DNA of 64,000 nucleotides. It comes from Adineta vaga. Taxonomy: Eukaryota > Animalia > Rotifera. Within the stretch, counting starts at the first letter, position 1; each line of letters starts with the position of its first letter. Positions 13,911-27,431 of this stretch are shown here, piece after piece. The stretch spans positions 16,182,001-16,246,000 of the forward strand of contig CP075493.1 in NCBI GenBank assembly GCA_021613535.1. The letters are read 5' to 3'. A program made the position numbers and the translations under genes. The notes beneath the pieces are model-generated. The model made no database searches. It saw only the letters and a program-made list of their open reading frames with translations, and had not been told where the DNA came from.

Positions 13911-14109
13911 TGGATGTTTGATTGACGTTATTTTGCGATTGTACACCTATTTTATACATTCCTTTGTCTCTCTCTTCAAACCCTCATTTTCTCAGGCTTC
14001 GAATAATGCAATTTCAATCACACTCAGATCGATACAGATAATCGTCTACGTTGAAATTCATCCAAATCGCTGTGAAAGAATTAAAAACATAAGACGAGAA
14101 ATCTATTAA

Positions 14110-14940
14110 CGTGACAATATAAGATTGTTTTAAGAGTTGTTTATCGTTGTAAACATGATTGACAAATTTCTATGGATTTTTTAAATTGTTTATAATATAA
14201 ATCAGAAGGTAAAACAAAAATAATGAACACAAGCATTGATGGTACAAATGAAATAAAATAACCAATAAGATATAACCATGGATTTCGTGATGATTTAATA
14301 CAAGTTGTTAATAGTGAAGTAATTAAACGTGGTAAAGATAAAATAGCAAGTGTAGAATTTGTTTGTGTTCACTTAATTGTTTGAAGAGATGTTGTTGAAA
14401 AGTCAATTTAACCTGACTTCTGTGACGTTGACGTGTAATCATAATAATAATAAATAATACTGAAAATAAATTCATAATAAAAGGTATAAAAAATGAATTA
14501 AAATAATAATTTTGTATTAACCGTGAATAAAACGTAACATATAAAATTCGCTGTTCTTCTTCATCATCATATAAATCTCGATAAATAGGTTCATGAATAA
14601 TAGAAATCATAATCAAAATTGTTAAAATAAAGATTATTCGATTAGCAATATATGTACTTTTCATTTTATTAAAACTAACTCTAGTAAAAACTGAATAAGC
14701 TCGTTCAATTGCAACACATTCACTTAACCAATTATCTGTATATACTAAAGATTTCAATAATTATTCGATTAACAATAAAATCGCAAACCAAAATCTAATC
14801 AAAAATAGAAACGTAGTAATTGATGAACTAAGTAAAAATAATCCACACTCAACTTGTTGAGAGTGTTTTTGACGAAAAGTTAAAATAGAAAAAATTCTAT
14901 TAATAAAACCTAAAATAAACATAATTATTGCAAACATGGA
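14110..14940 (-). pseudogene. Degenerate 7TM (rhodopsin-like GPCR) C-terminal domain
   Basis: DNWLSECVAIERAYSV (DRY-like), hydrophobic helices, frameshifts and deletions. Confidence 0.65.
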
Positions 14941-15829
14941 ATATTTTTATACCGAAATGATCATCAGTTCGTCGAGCTCTACAAACTCTGGAAATTTGAT
15001 CGAAATAAATTTGAAAATCGTTCAAGATATGGAAAATTTAGTTGAATTAACTAAATTAATTTTATATTAAAATTATTTATTCTTATTGAAAATTTTTACC
15101 TCATTAATTTGTTGTTTTGTCATAGAAGTATAATCACGAATTAATGAACGAAATTCAGTTAATAATATTAAATTTAATCATGGACAAAAATAAGACAATT
15201 CCAGACGAATGATTTGTATTGGATTGAATGAAAAGATTCTCTTACTCGTAAAGAAGAATTTAGTAAATAAAAATGAATTGACTTATATAAAGTTTAAATG
15301 AAAAGATCAGTATAGTAGTGTAAAACGCAAAAGGGTAATTCATCCACATTCTCAGTACAGTTTACATCTCACTGAAAAGAATTGGAAACTTCTCGATATA
15401 TTTCACATGTTCACGCTCAATTAATAAGAATTAGAACATTATTAGGTCTGATTGTAGCTCGGGTAATCTCGGCTCGATTCCGAGGGGAGGGAAATACTTT
15501 TTTGCCTTTCATAATTACTCAATACTTTTGTATTATTTTTCTTTTCTCTTCTTCTACTCATACAGATGACGAAATGTATTCATTCATATTATTCAAGCAA
15601 AAAAAATAGACAGAATCGATATCTTCAAACGTTGTAGTCATTTTTTATATTCCAGTTATTTATCTACAGAACTATCAATAATAGATTTTGTCAGAATTGA
15701 AGATACGTATTATACAGTGAGATTAGTCATGATATCCATCATTTGACCAAAGTATTTTCACAACATATATGTTATTTTGATTCTTTCGCCGAAAGAGGAA
15801 AGGAAAGAGAATGAATGCACAAAAGGTAT

Positions 15830-15900
15830 ATCCGTACCGGGATTTAAACCCGAGTTTTGGCGGTGGAAGCGCCACATCCTGATCGCTGGACTACACGGAT
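15830..15900 (-). tRNA. Degenerate tRNA-Glu-like pseudogene or SINE head (anticodon reads TCC)
   Basis: Minus strand: ATCCGTG TAGTCCAGCGATCAGGAT G TGGCG CTTCCAC CGCCA AAAC TCGGG TTTAAAT CCCGG TACGGAT. The cloverleaf is retained but the D-loop GG and T-loop TTC are mutated. Confidence 0.65.
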
Positions 15901-16080
15901 GTGATATCTTTGTGATAATGTTATAAAATAGCAGTTATAAGTTTTTAGTAGGTGCATGTATTTGCGAACCAATTATCAAGTTGCACAGTGAGTTTGTACA
16001 CTAGAGTTTGAATATTTTTTCGCAAAAGAACAAGCCGAGGATGATTTGCAGCTAGTGAAAGTTTTAAGATATCATAAGCA

Positions 16081-16240
16081 TATTCTAGAGATGGTGAAAC
16101 TTTTTATAAAGAACTTGTCGACGCAATATAATAAATTATCAACAAACATCTGAAGTCGATAATTATTGATTTTGAATGCGCTGTTGGAAATGTTATTAAA
16201 CGTATTCTTCTATTAAGAAAAGTAGCTGCTTATTTCTTCA
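16081..16240 (+). pseudogene. MULE transposase fragment
   Basis: KSIIIDFECAVGNVIKR...AAYFF matches the MULE DFE.A..N...C.FH region. Stops lie upstream. Confidence 0.55.
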
Positions 16241-16408
16241 CCTTCTGAGTTATGGCTTATATATAGTTATGTCGTTTCAAGCAGAGTTACTAGTTTTTCA
16301 AAGTGACAAATAAAGTATAGAATATACATGATGAAATTTAGATTTTATTTAAATAAATAAATATATAAACACATTCAAGATGATTGTTCATAGTCTCTGT
16401 ACAAATGC

Positions 16409-17174
16409 TTAATACCGACCAGTAAAACGTTGTAATAATTGTTCACGATAATAATTGAATTTGAATATTTTTTTAAATTCTTCTCGATAAACACTTCCGG
16501 AAAGAACATAAAGAAATGTTGATAAAATATAGAAACCTTGTTGCCAAAGAAGAGTAATACCTTGAATATTAATCATATAATTTGTATTCATTGAAGGTAT
16601 AAATGTTGTTAATATATTAGTTACTCCAGTAGGTATAGAAAAGAAAACATATGCAGTTACTTGAACAATTAACATTCGAACTAATTGACCTTCTGTATGA
16701 CGACGATGATGATGAGAATTTCTTTGATTTATTGGTGCAACACGTCTTATTCGATCTCGAACATTATAAATTGTTAATATACCAAATATCATCATAATTA
16801 ATGGTGATATTATATAATAAATAATAATACGACTAGTAAAATAAACCGCAGTAATTGTTGATTATAATTGTAAACATTGATTAGTTGTAGAATTCCAATA
16901 ATATATTATACACCATGGACTTATATAAATTAGAGTAACAATTGCTATGATAATAATCAATCTTTGTGCATTTCGTATATTACTTAGATTTCTTAATGAT
17001 ACTAAAGAAGGACTTGCAAAAAATCGATCAATCGAAGCACAAACTAACATAAAAGTAACAAATAATGATGATGAATTAATAATAAATTGCGTTATTCGCC
17101 ATCCAAATGGTGTATTAGTGGCTGAAATTCGAAAACCAAAACTGATAAAAAGAACCATAGGTGAAATAATCATA
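16409..17174 (-). pseudogene. Rhodopsin-like GPCR, 5'-truncated, with an in-frame stop at 16862
   Basis: CASIDRF, QLVRMLIVQV and FLYVLSGSVYREEF motifs. The two ORFs share one frame and are separated by TAA. The 5' part is replaced by a MITE and a telomeric junction. Confidence 0.8.
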
Positions 17175-17176
17175 TA

Positions 17177-17809
17177 CAGGGTGTAGCAAAATTATAGACC
17201 CCCCTTTGTGGTTGCTTTTTTCCTATGAAAACGAATAGGTGGATCAAATGTAAGTAGTGATTTCGATAGCTCTCGAAGTTCTCTATCGATTGCAGTATGT
17301 TGTAGATTTTCAACATTAACTTCGTTGTGTAACATTTTTCAAAATACGCCAAGCCCCATTTTTGACCCTTCGAAAGATTTGTCAGATATTGCTTTGAAGG
17401 TAACCAGTGGATAGAGCTCAAACTTCTGAGCAAAGTAAGTGGTTCCGCGACTCTGGTTCGCTCTCCACTCAAAAGTTATGGCAATAACAAAAGTCAAAAA
17501 TATCGTGTTTTTAGTCGATTTTCACGATTTTTGTCATTTTTCGGCTCTTTTTCGACTTTTGTTATTGCCATAACTTTTGAGTGGAGAGCGAACCAGAGTC
17601 GCGGAACCACTTACTTTGCTCAGAATTTTGAGCTCTATCCACTGGTTACCTTCAAAGCAATATCTGACAAATCTTTCGTAGGGTCAAAAATGGGGCTAGG
17701 CGTATTTTGAAAAATGTTACACAACGAAGTTAATGTTGAAAATCTACAACATACTGCAATCGATAGAGAACTTCGAGAGCTATCGAAATCACTATTTACA
17801 TTTGATCCA
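17177..17809. mobile_element. Tc1/mariner-type foldback MITE, right arm truncated
   Basis: Starts TA|CAGGGTGTAGC. Near-perfect ~255-bp inverted repeat 17240-17495 / 17554-17809. The last ~63 bp of the right arm are missing. Confidence 0.8.
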
Positions 17810-17881
17810 TCTTGAGGGTGTGGACGTGGGTATGGGTGGGAGTCCTAGTGGTATCTGACACCCGCACACCCACACCCTCAA
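17808..17881. repeat. Head-to-head telomeric-repeat junction site A
   Basis: CATCTTGAGGGTGTGGACGTGGGTATGGGTGGG-spacer-CACCCGCACACCCACACCCTCAA. Confidence 0.9.
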
Positions 17882-18669
17882 CAAAACAGAAAAAAATCTT
17901 GTCATTATCACAAGATATATTTACTGAGAATAGTTTTGTAAGATATGCATCTATACTTTACCTAAGATTGGATTCTTTTTTCTAACTTAACATATAGTAT
18001 CACATTTTCCTTCAAAGTTTTTGTTTTATTTCTAAAGTAAAAGATGATGAAGTTCAGCAGAAGACTGAGATTTTTCAGAATATCTTTTCCATCTGATAAA
18101 AGAACATCAATTTTTGTTGTTTGAAAAGTGAAAAATGTGAATATTGAGTTATAAAGTAAAGATAAAGTAATACATCTAGTATGAATATGAATATGTGTAA
18201 AATTTTCTGTTAACATAAATTCAATACCAACAATAATTTTTCATCTCGGTATTCTTTGGTGTTAAAGACAAAAATTCTTCCATTTTTTTTTATTACTCAT
18301 TTCTTATTTTTTATCATTGTTTTTTGATTGCTTCGTTTTATCTTCTTATTCACATTTACTTTTCATCATCAACGTCATGTCGTTAGAAGATTATTTTTTT
18401 TATCGGCTTTTATTAAATAGTATGATCATTTCACGTCAATCTTTGTATTTGTGCTTCGTTTTTTCTTTCAATATTGATGTTAGTTAAGTGTTGATATAAC
18501 GCCTAACCTATATAGAACAGCGAAGAAAAAATGATGATAAAGAAAAGAGATTATTTTTCTTTCTTCTTCTATTTAAAAACTTTTTCGTACGCGAGATTTA
18601 GTTCTCCTTAATGTCAAAGAATTCTTGTCTCAACATAGATTATTTTTTGTTTAAGAGAAACAAATATTA

Positions 18670-20119
18670 ATGGGATTGTTATTAGTAATACTTGCAATTT
18701 TGGTCAACATAATTAACATTAGTTGTTCAAATTGTCCAGATCGTCAATGGATAGAACAGTCTCTCACAAAGGCTCGCATACCAGGTGCGACAGTCATTGT
18801 AGTTAATGCTACTCATACACTTTATGAAGAAGCTTTTGGCTTTCAATCTTTAGTACCACCAGTACGAATGAATATTGACGAGTCAATTTTTCCTCTTGCT
18901 TCTCTCTCGAAAACATTTATTGCCGCTGCTGTCATGCAACTTGTCGAGAAAGAACTTGTCGATCTTGATACAGATGTTAATCAATACTTATCCGAACCTA
19001 ATAAACGAATTTTTCATCCTCAATATCCATCTCATTCAATTACTCTACGAAAATTACTTTCGCATTCAGCTTCAATCTTTGTCGACTATACTGTGCAAAA
19101 TACTTATTATCAACCAGGTGATACTGCATATGAACAAAAAACTTTAGCTGATATGGTTTATCAGTATGTGAATCCAAACACATCAAACTGGTTACCAAAG
19201 CCACCAGGCAGTGTCGCATCATATTCAAATGAAGGTGCTGCTCTAGCTGCATTAGTTGTCGAACGAGTAGCGAAAATGTCCTATAGTGAATATGTCAAAG
19301 AAAAAATTTTGAAACCATTGGGTGTTGATATTAGTAAAGCAGGTGTGCGTCTATCCGACTTTGCAACTACAGAAAATCTTGTCAAACATTATGCTTATGC
19401 ATTCAATACATCTTATCTCGAAGGATGGAAATACTTCATACCACAGTTGAATATCACACAGATTCCGGTAAAAATATCAATTTGATTAGTTGTGTTCATT
19501 TTGAATATTATTTTTGCAGGGCGACCTTCCTACGTGGCTATATATTCCAGACTTCAGCTTCAATTTCTACCCTTCGGGTCTCTTACGAATGTCGACCAAA
19601 ACCCTCTCTGTATACCTTCGCATGTTCATCAACAATGGCTCTTCTATTCTTCTTCCTCGATCTATTGCTGAAATGCGAACAATAGTTGGTGGTGGACTCA
19701 TACCACCTTACAATCACGATTCGACAAGTGATTCTACAGGAGAAGCACCACCACCACCACCACAGTATGGTCTTAGTTGGTATTGGACTACTATGAGTGA
19801 TGGTCGTCGATACATTGGTCATACTGGTTTTCTTCCAGGCATGTCACATTTGATGTTAGTCAATGAAAAGCACAGTATTGGTGTGATTCTACTTTCAAAT
19901 GCTGATATCCTTGGACCAACCCATCTGGGAAGAGAAATTGCTGAGACAGGGATAAATATTCATATGTCACTTTTTCAATGTTTCGATGCTAATACTATTA
20001 CTCCTACCGTTAATCCTACTGTTAATCCTACTGTTCCTGCGTCTGCCTTTCGTGTAACAACAACTTTGTTCGATTTTTCTGTGACAATTTTTATTTTCTT
20101 ATGGTTTCTTCTATTTTAA
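18670..20119 (+). CDS. Secreted, putatively GPI-anchored serine beta-lactamase-fold hydrolase (AmpC/PBP-like); intron 19468-19519
   Basis: SLSK (SxxK), LLSHSA, YSN and HTG motifs. Signal peptide, Pro/Thr linker and hydrophobic C-terminus. The 52-bp GT-AG intron joins the two ORFs in frame. Confidence 0.88.
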
Positions 20120-20762
20120 CCCTTTGGAAATGAAATTAATTTTTACTCGAAAATTAAATGATGTACAGGTTTTACTGATAGTGCCTGTCGCATATTCATT
20201 CACTGTATCAGAAACGACATAAACATGTAAATTATTTTTCATTATATATTCTTTAGCTTTTCCCACACTTTCATAATTTATTTATTTCGAGAACAAATGA
20301 ATTATAATGAAGTTTGAACACAAATACGTCAAAAGTAGTATATGCGACGAGATCATGAAACTTTGTCTACTGACTGAGACTTCTCAGTACTCACATTCTC
20401 ACAATCTATAAATAGATTGATAGAATGAATTATAGCCACGATGGTGTTACTGGCTACGTTATAGAATTGTCTCATCAATATAGTTCTTAACAAAAAGCTT
20501 TTTAGCAATGAAATACTGAGACATGCAGCAGAACAACGAATGTACCAAATCAAATGCTATTATAAAGTCCTTGAAGAGCATGATTAAATGATTGGGTAAT
20601 AAGATCATTTGACCAAATTCACTCAAATTTCTCAGATTCTGAGGGATATATTTTTGGTTACCCTGTTGAGTATTTACACATTCAGCTCTGGATACTCAGT
20701 GTAATGACATTATGATAGCTGTGACGATTGAATAATAAAATTCATTAATAAAAAATATAAAT

Positions 20763-20835
20763 TTGAGGGTGTGGGGGGCTGGGTGTGGGTGTTGACCTGA
20801 GTGAAGATGATATACCCACACCCACACCCACCCTC
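20763..20835. repeat. Head-to-head telomeric-repeat junction site B
   Basis: TTGAGGGTGTGGGGGGCTGGGTGTGGGT-spacer-ACCCACACCCACACCCACCCTC, abutting the middle of a CDS. Confidence 0.9.
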
Positions 20836-21750
20836 TATTCAACAAATAACACAAACAAATCAATTAGTTACTGGATTATTAACAAATTATATTGCTGTAT
20901 CAAGAAAACTTACGAATTCACCTCATTACTTTTATTCGGAATCATTAAATATATCTTCTATTATTGATCTGATTGAAATTAAATATAAATCAAAAGACTC
21001 GACAAAAATTTGTTCCTGCAAAAGTCAAATATCATGTCCTCAACCTGGTAATTTTTATTCACATAATGTTTCTGGTGATCTTGAAACTTATGATTTAAAT
21101 ATAAATGAATCACATAAAACTTTATCTGGTATAATAATTGATTGTCTACCAATTCAATCAACACTTTTATCAACATTAGAATGTTTTTATAATCCATCAT
21201 GTTTAGATATTCTTCTATCATATTATCCAACTCTAATTAATATTTCAATTTTCTTCATCACGTTTTCTTCCTACAACAAAAACTGAAATACTTATTAATG
21301 AATTATTTATTGAAGAGATTTTTAATAAAACAAATTATTCAAAATATTATTCTCAATGTAAACCAAATATTTGTCATTATAGTTATTCAAGTCGTTTTAA
21401 TTGGATTTATATTATAACAATGCTCACTGGTGTTTTTGGAAGAATAACAACAATCTTATATATAATTAGCCCATTAATTATTCAATTAATTTTCTTTTTA
21501 AAAAAACGTTTCTTTTCTAAACAAATTATTCAACAATCTTAAAGTAAGATTTATGATAATATTAAATATTAAATAAAATTTTATTTTAGATCAAACAATA
21601 CAAATTCGTTTAAAATATTTTTTTCATCAAATAGATACTATGATAATGAATTTAAATTTATACAATCAACATTCTCGAGATAAAATTCGAATTTATCATG
21701 GTATTCTTGCAACAAGATTATAGATTATTTTATTATTAATTTCAATATAT

Positions 21751-23025
21751 CGGTTTAAACGCGTAACGCGTCACCTCTGGGGTGGTGAGTTCGAAATCAT
21801 TATTTCAAGAAGTTCTGATTGCCATCTTAAAGAGCATAGTCCAAAATGTAGCGAAACATATTTTGTTTGTCTTTAAATTGTTGAAATTCATATAAAATTT
21901 ATAGGAACAAATGTACCACTCTGACATGAAAAAATTGAACTTATTTATGCCATATACTGTTGTAACCGTTTTATTGAAGCGGTTTGTTGTTTGCAGAGTT
22001 CGTCAGGATAAATTATGTTAGCGAGGATAGAAGTATCCTTTCACATAATCATTAGCTTTTGAATACGTTTTACTTGTATGATTTCAGCTTAGATAATACT
22101 AGTATATTTATATCATCATCGCGTTACGAAAAGTCAGTTTTGTTTATTTTTCACCAATAAGATCCAATAGTTCTCTTCTCAAAGTATATGCCGAAAGCTA
22201 ATTTTTTATGAGCTATCTGATAGATATATTTTTATTTTCGAAAGGTTATACTCTGCAAAAATTTTTCGTAACGCGATGACGTTTTTTGCATTTTTTTCTT
22301 GCTTTTTAATAGTGGTCAGAATTTCGAAAAAAATGAAGTTTTATATTTCTCAACCTAACCAAATGGAATCGATGCAGCTTTTCGCGTTGATTTCGAATAT
22401 GTACTTGGTTTCAGATTTCAACCTTACTTTTATGAAGAAAAACAAGGAATACCTTGAGGGCTTTAGATGTTTATCATTTACTTGTATAATTTGCTACGGG
22501 TGATTCTTGACTTGACATGACCAATTTTACCAAATTTAACGTTTATTCTCTACAATTATGACAGAACGTACTCTATCTTAACTTTATGTAGCAGGAGAGG
22601 CTTCTTAAATAGGTAGTGAAAACTCTGGTTCGAAAACTAGCATCATCGCGTTACATTGATAAAATCGATTTTTCATAAGAATAGAGTGTCCATTCCGGAA
22701 ACTGGATTTGGCTATAAACATATAAAGATGTGAGCTGCAAAAGATCAAATGAATGTCTCTTTCGATATATCATAAATTCGTAGAAAAATAGCAAAGAAGC
22801 ATAGCACTATCAGAATTTTGTCCTTTTCCATCATCGTGTTATGACATTTATTTTATCAATAATTTCCAAATGGTGCATTCAAACGAGCTGATTTTTTTTA
22901 AGATTGATAGATGGCTATGAGGTACATATTCTAGCAAAGAAAGAAAATTTTTAAAGATACTAGTCTATGAGAAAAGATCCGTACAATCTCGCCAAAACGT
23001 CATCGCGTCACGCGCATTTAAGCCG
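21751..23025. mobile_element. Non-autonomous TIR element with ATAT TSD (Sola1-like, tentative)
   Basis: Ends CGGTTTAAACGCGTAACGCG / CGCGTCACGCGCATTTAAGCCG with ATAT on both sides. Internal CATCGCGTTAC repeats. The host coding sequence continues across the insertion. Confidence 0.75.
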
Positions 23026-23640
23026 ATATATATATAATTATTTTATATTCTAATTTATCGAATCAAACAATCAATAAACTGATTCCAAATCCATCATTAG
23101 AAAAATATATAGAATTAGAAAAGCAATATTTAACAAAATTAATATATCCATGTACTCAAATATCAATACCTTATGAAGATTTTATGACAATTGAAGTGAA
23201 ATATCATCAAACATGTTCAAGCCATTTTACTCAATCATGGTGGTATAAAAATTTTCCTCGTATAAATTTTAACGAATCCAAAGTGAATTTTTTCTCGTTT
23301 GCAACATCATATTTTCAAACATTATCAATATTTTGTGATTTTGCCAATATAACAATCAACGATGTAATTAAACGATTTTTAAAGAAAAATTTTGTTCATA
23401 TACAAATTTTATCCAATGAATCATTTAATTTAGAAGTTAATTCATCAATCAATACAATGATCGAATTAACACGAACGGAATTTCGTTATCGAATGTCTTT
23501 AATTAATGTTTCACTTCATAGCAATCAATATATGTTTTATGAGAATAAATACTCATCTCACACCATACATATTTCGACTTTATCGTGGAAAATACAATGT
23601 ATCTATAATCGCATATGCTACAGATACTACCGATCTGAAA

Positions 23641-24424
23641 GGGTGTGAATAATTTTGATAACTAGATGCAAAGGATCACCTCGAAAAGATATTTGAGATC
23701 ACCAAAATTTTCAAAAGCTAGTGATATTACATCATCTCTTTTTTGTTCATTCAAATAACATTTCGTCATCTTATGTTGTCTGCTATGCTATAGAACACAT
23801 AAGAAAATATTCATTTGAAAATATGTCAGTGTCAGATTGGAAACTATTGGTTGTAGTTCATTCACTTGATGAAGTGAAAATTATTGCTAAATCAAATGGT
23901 GTTTGTCAATATCGAACACATAATATTGCGGATTCTACAAAATATTCATTCAAATGCAATCAGTATCGCAGATACCCTATATGTATCTATGAACTTAAAG
24001 CAACAGTGCCGGATGATGATTCAAATTCGATTACAATCATGTTCAAAAATGCTCACAACCATGAATATCGAAACGATACAACTTGTGTACCATCTCCAGT
24101 GCGACAATCAGTTGCCAAATATGTCGAAGTCGGTTTAACCAAAACTCAAATTCGTTCAGCACTTTTACTGGAGCACCCAAATTTAACAGTGCCATCAAAT
24201 AAATTAACAGCAATAGTACAAACAGAACGTCGAAAAAAGAACGTCATATAAATATTATCATTATTTTTGTTGCACCTATTGAAAAATAAATATAATGAAT
24301 GAATTTTAAAAATCTGGTGATCTAAAGTATTTCTTTTGGGTGATCAAGAATATCGTTTTTTAGCGATCATTTGCAACTGGTTATCAAATGTATTTTTTCT
24401 AGGTGATCAAAATTATTTTATCCC
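23641..24424 (+). mobile_element. Internally deleted MULE (Mutator) carrying the transposase N-terminal zinc-finger region
   Basis: Perfect 9-bp TSD GATCTGAAA (23632-23640 and 24425-24433). TIR GGGTGTGAATAATTTTGAT / ATCAAAATTATTTTATCCC. ORF 23721-24251 has YSFKC...C...HNH. Confidence 0.88.
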
Positions 24425-26818
24425 GATCTGAAAGATAATCATTGTAAATGTATTCAAGATTCGACATGTAAATTAGATAAAACGATTAGAATAGGTCTGG
24501 AAACACGTATAATTGATTGGCAATTTGAAGGAATAAATGGAGGTTGTTCTGTTATTGATTCACTATTAAAATCATCAATGATATGTTGATTTAAAAATAG
24601 TTGTTTAACTCGATTACAATGACATGTTCATAAATTGATTCTTTCAAATCCTCTTTTGATAAATCGACTTAATCAAACATTATCTAGTCGATATTATCCT
24701 GATACTTCAATTGAAACTATTTTTAATAAAATTATGACTGAAAAATAGAATATTTCTTATCCATTCAAGAATTTTTATTATAAATGTAAATCTTCACTTT
24801 GTTCATATACTTTATGAAAAAACAAATAATATTATTTATATAATTACTTTTATTATTAGTCTAATTGGTAGAATTGATATTATTATTCAATTAATTTCTC
24901 CAATTATTATTTATATTATTTTTAAATTTATTAATATATTAAAACATTTAAGATCATTACAAATTACAAATATACAAGAAGAAAACACTGAAATCTTTCA
25001 TCGTATTATGAATTTATTGAATCGATTGAAAGATAAACTTTTGATATTAAATATATTTGATAGTGAATCAAATGATAATGAAATATTTTATCGTGAACGA
25101 ATATCAACAAGATTCTATATAATAATCTTAATAATTTCTATTTATATTATAACCATTTATATACTCTATATAAAAATAACTATAAATATATCTATTTCTA
25201 ATCCATCTCTTGATCAATATAATCAATTATTAAAAACTTATTCCAATTTACTTGATTGTCCTTGTAAGAAAATCTCAATTGAATATAAATATTTTATAGA
25301 TATAGATACAAGTTTTCATTCAATTTGTTCAAGTGATTTTATTCGAAAAAAATCGAGTAATTATTTATTTTCTAATATAAGTTTGGAATTATATGATCGA
25401 CGTGATATTCGTGTACGTGGCGGTGCATATTTTTTATTTCTGTCAAGTTTATGTCAAATATCTAAAGCAACAATAAATAATGCAATTAATCAATGTCTTA
25501 ATGAAACATTAATTAATACTTGGTTAATATCAAAATCTGATTTTCAAATTCAAATTAATAATATTATTTTACAATTTAAAAATAATACTTTAACAAAATT
25601 TTCTCAAAGTTTCAAACTTATACGTTATATATTGAATGGAAATGCTTTTGTATCTTCATATTCTTTAAATTGGGAATATGGCGGAAAGATTTAAAACGTG
25701 AATTTTATACATTTCCTTCACGTCCAATTATCATGTCTGATGATTGTTCTTGTGGAAAACGAAATGATTGACGACATTTAGAAGGAATTTATTATAAATT
25801 AATAAATCAAAAAGTATTTTCTATACCTGGATGGAATATTGGATGTTCTGTTGTAGATACATTATTACAATCAACATTTGAATGTTTATATGATCAAAAT
25901 TGTATTAATTCATTACTATTTCACATTAAAGACGATATATTTAAATCTTCTCCAATAAATATCTCAGCTATGAATTCTTCAATGAAAAGTCGTTTTAAAA
26001 TCAATACAACTATTCAAAATATAGCAGATCAATTATTTATTGAAGATTGGAAGATTAATAGTTCTTATTTATCATTTTACAATCAATGTGTTCCAATATT
26101 TTGTTGTTATACAATTGAAAGAGATGATTATGTTAGTTATACAGTATTTAAAATTTTAGGTTTATATGGAGGATTAACAATTGTTCTATAATTTATTATT
26201 CCAATTATAGTTAAAATAATATTTCAAATTCAAAATAGATATCAAAGAAATATAGTTACACCTACTGAAGAATTTACACAATAACTATTTATTTAATAAA
26301 TTTTATAAACATAAGTTTTTTCTAACAGAATTGATTTTTAAAAATTTAATAAAATATATATTACATCTCTAACAAATAAGTTCTACTGGATTCCAATTAA
26401 ATATTCTCGTATCCTAGAAATTGTGTAGGTATTAATAACAAGAGTTTTTTCATTTCACTCAACCATCATGGAATCATCTTTTTGAGTATTTTATGGATTA
26501 GAAAGATGTTACATTTATCTCATAAAGTATATCTTCATATAAAAGCTTTTAGCGTAATCCCTAGCGGGATTAAAAGTGTGAAACACGATTATGCTGAACA
26601 CCTTATAAATCCGATATCTGTTACGATTTCTGATAAAGTCTATCGAGGTCTTCAACACACAATTTAACGGTTTTCTCCTTTAAATTTAGTATAAAAATAA
26701 GCACGGAGAAAGAGGGAGGGGAGGAGGCAACGAGGGGACAAATTATTGGCACGCGTTCTTACCTGTTTTCCTTCGGCACGGCTGAGACTTGTGATCTGAT
26801 GCTAACGTATATCTATTA

Positions 26819-27020
26819 TGGTCTGTGATGCTATTTAGACCATTCTGTCACGGTGTGTTATGCTATTTTGGCAATTCTGTCATGTCTGTGATCTCCTAAA
26901 AACCAAATGTCACAGTCTGTGATTCCAGTCTGTCACGGTCTGTGAGAGGATTTTGACGAGTCTGTCACGGTTGGTGATGCCATTTTGACCCCTCTGTCAA
27001 GGTCTGTGGGGGGGGGGGGG
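26819..27020. repeat. Array of TCTGTCACGGTCTGTGA motifs ending in a poly-G tract
   Basis: About 7-8 copies, mostly ~30 bp apart with divergent spacers, then G13. Confidence 0.75.
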
Positions 27021-27431
27021 ATGGGTGCAAGTTTCTGCCTATAAACACTTCAACACTGTCTTTCAGATCGTGTTTCACAAAATAGCTGAGATGATTCAAA
27101 TTAATCCAGAAGATTCTATCAGATTTATTCTATTAAGAGATTGAAAATAGTTTTTTCCTGCAATTATTTATCTGGTCTATATATCCATCACATGATAAAT
27201 AACATCTACTATAGTTTCATTCAGAAAAAAATCTTTAATTTGATGTGTGTTGAGGATATTTTAATAAATATTCACATACATTTAAACTCTTTTACGATTT
27301 TTACAATTGGCTTTTATTGAATTTACTAAAAATAAATAGCTATTAATAATACTGTAGCCGCAACTGTCGACATTGGAATGGAAAGAACTAATAGTAAAAC
27401 GCATAATTTCATACTATTTTCTACATATGAG

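Larger units (their letters stand above)
20836..26270 (+). pseudogene. Repeated-module transmembrane protein with Cys-rich ectodomains; 5'-truncated, with stops and two TE insertions
   Basis: Three modules of the type RxxTRxYIIL...NPSL...CPC...CSS and STLECFY...C...LFIE.W....Y..C.P..C.Y. Multiple stops and frameshifts. Confidence 0.7.

Noticed and set aside
23641-23650. GGGTGTG here and at 58771 as telomeric junction sites
   Set aside because: Both are TIR termini of transposons with clear TSDs.
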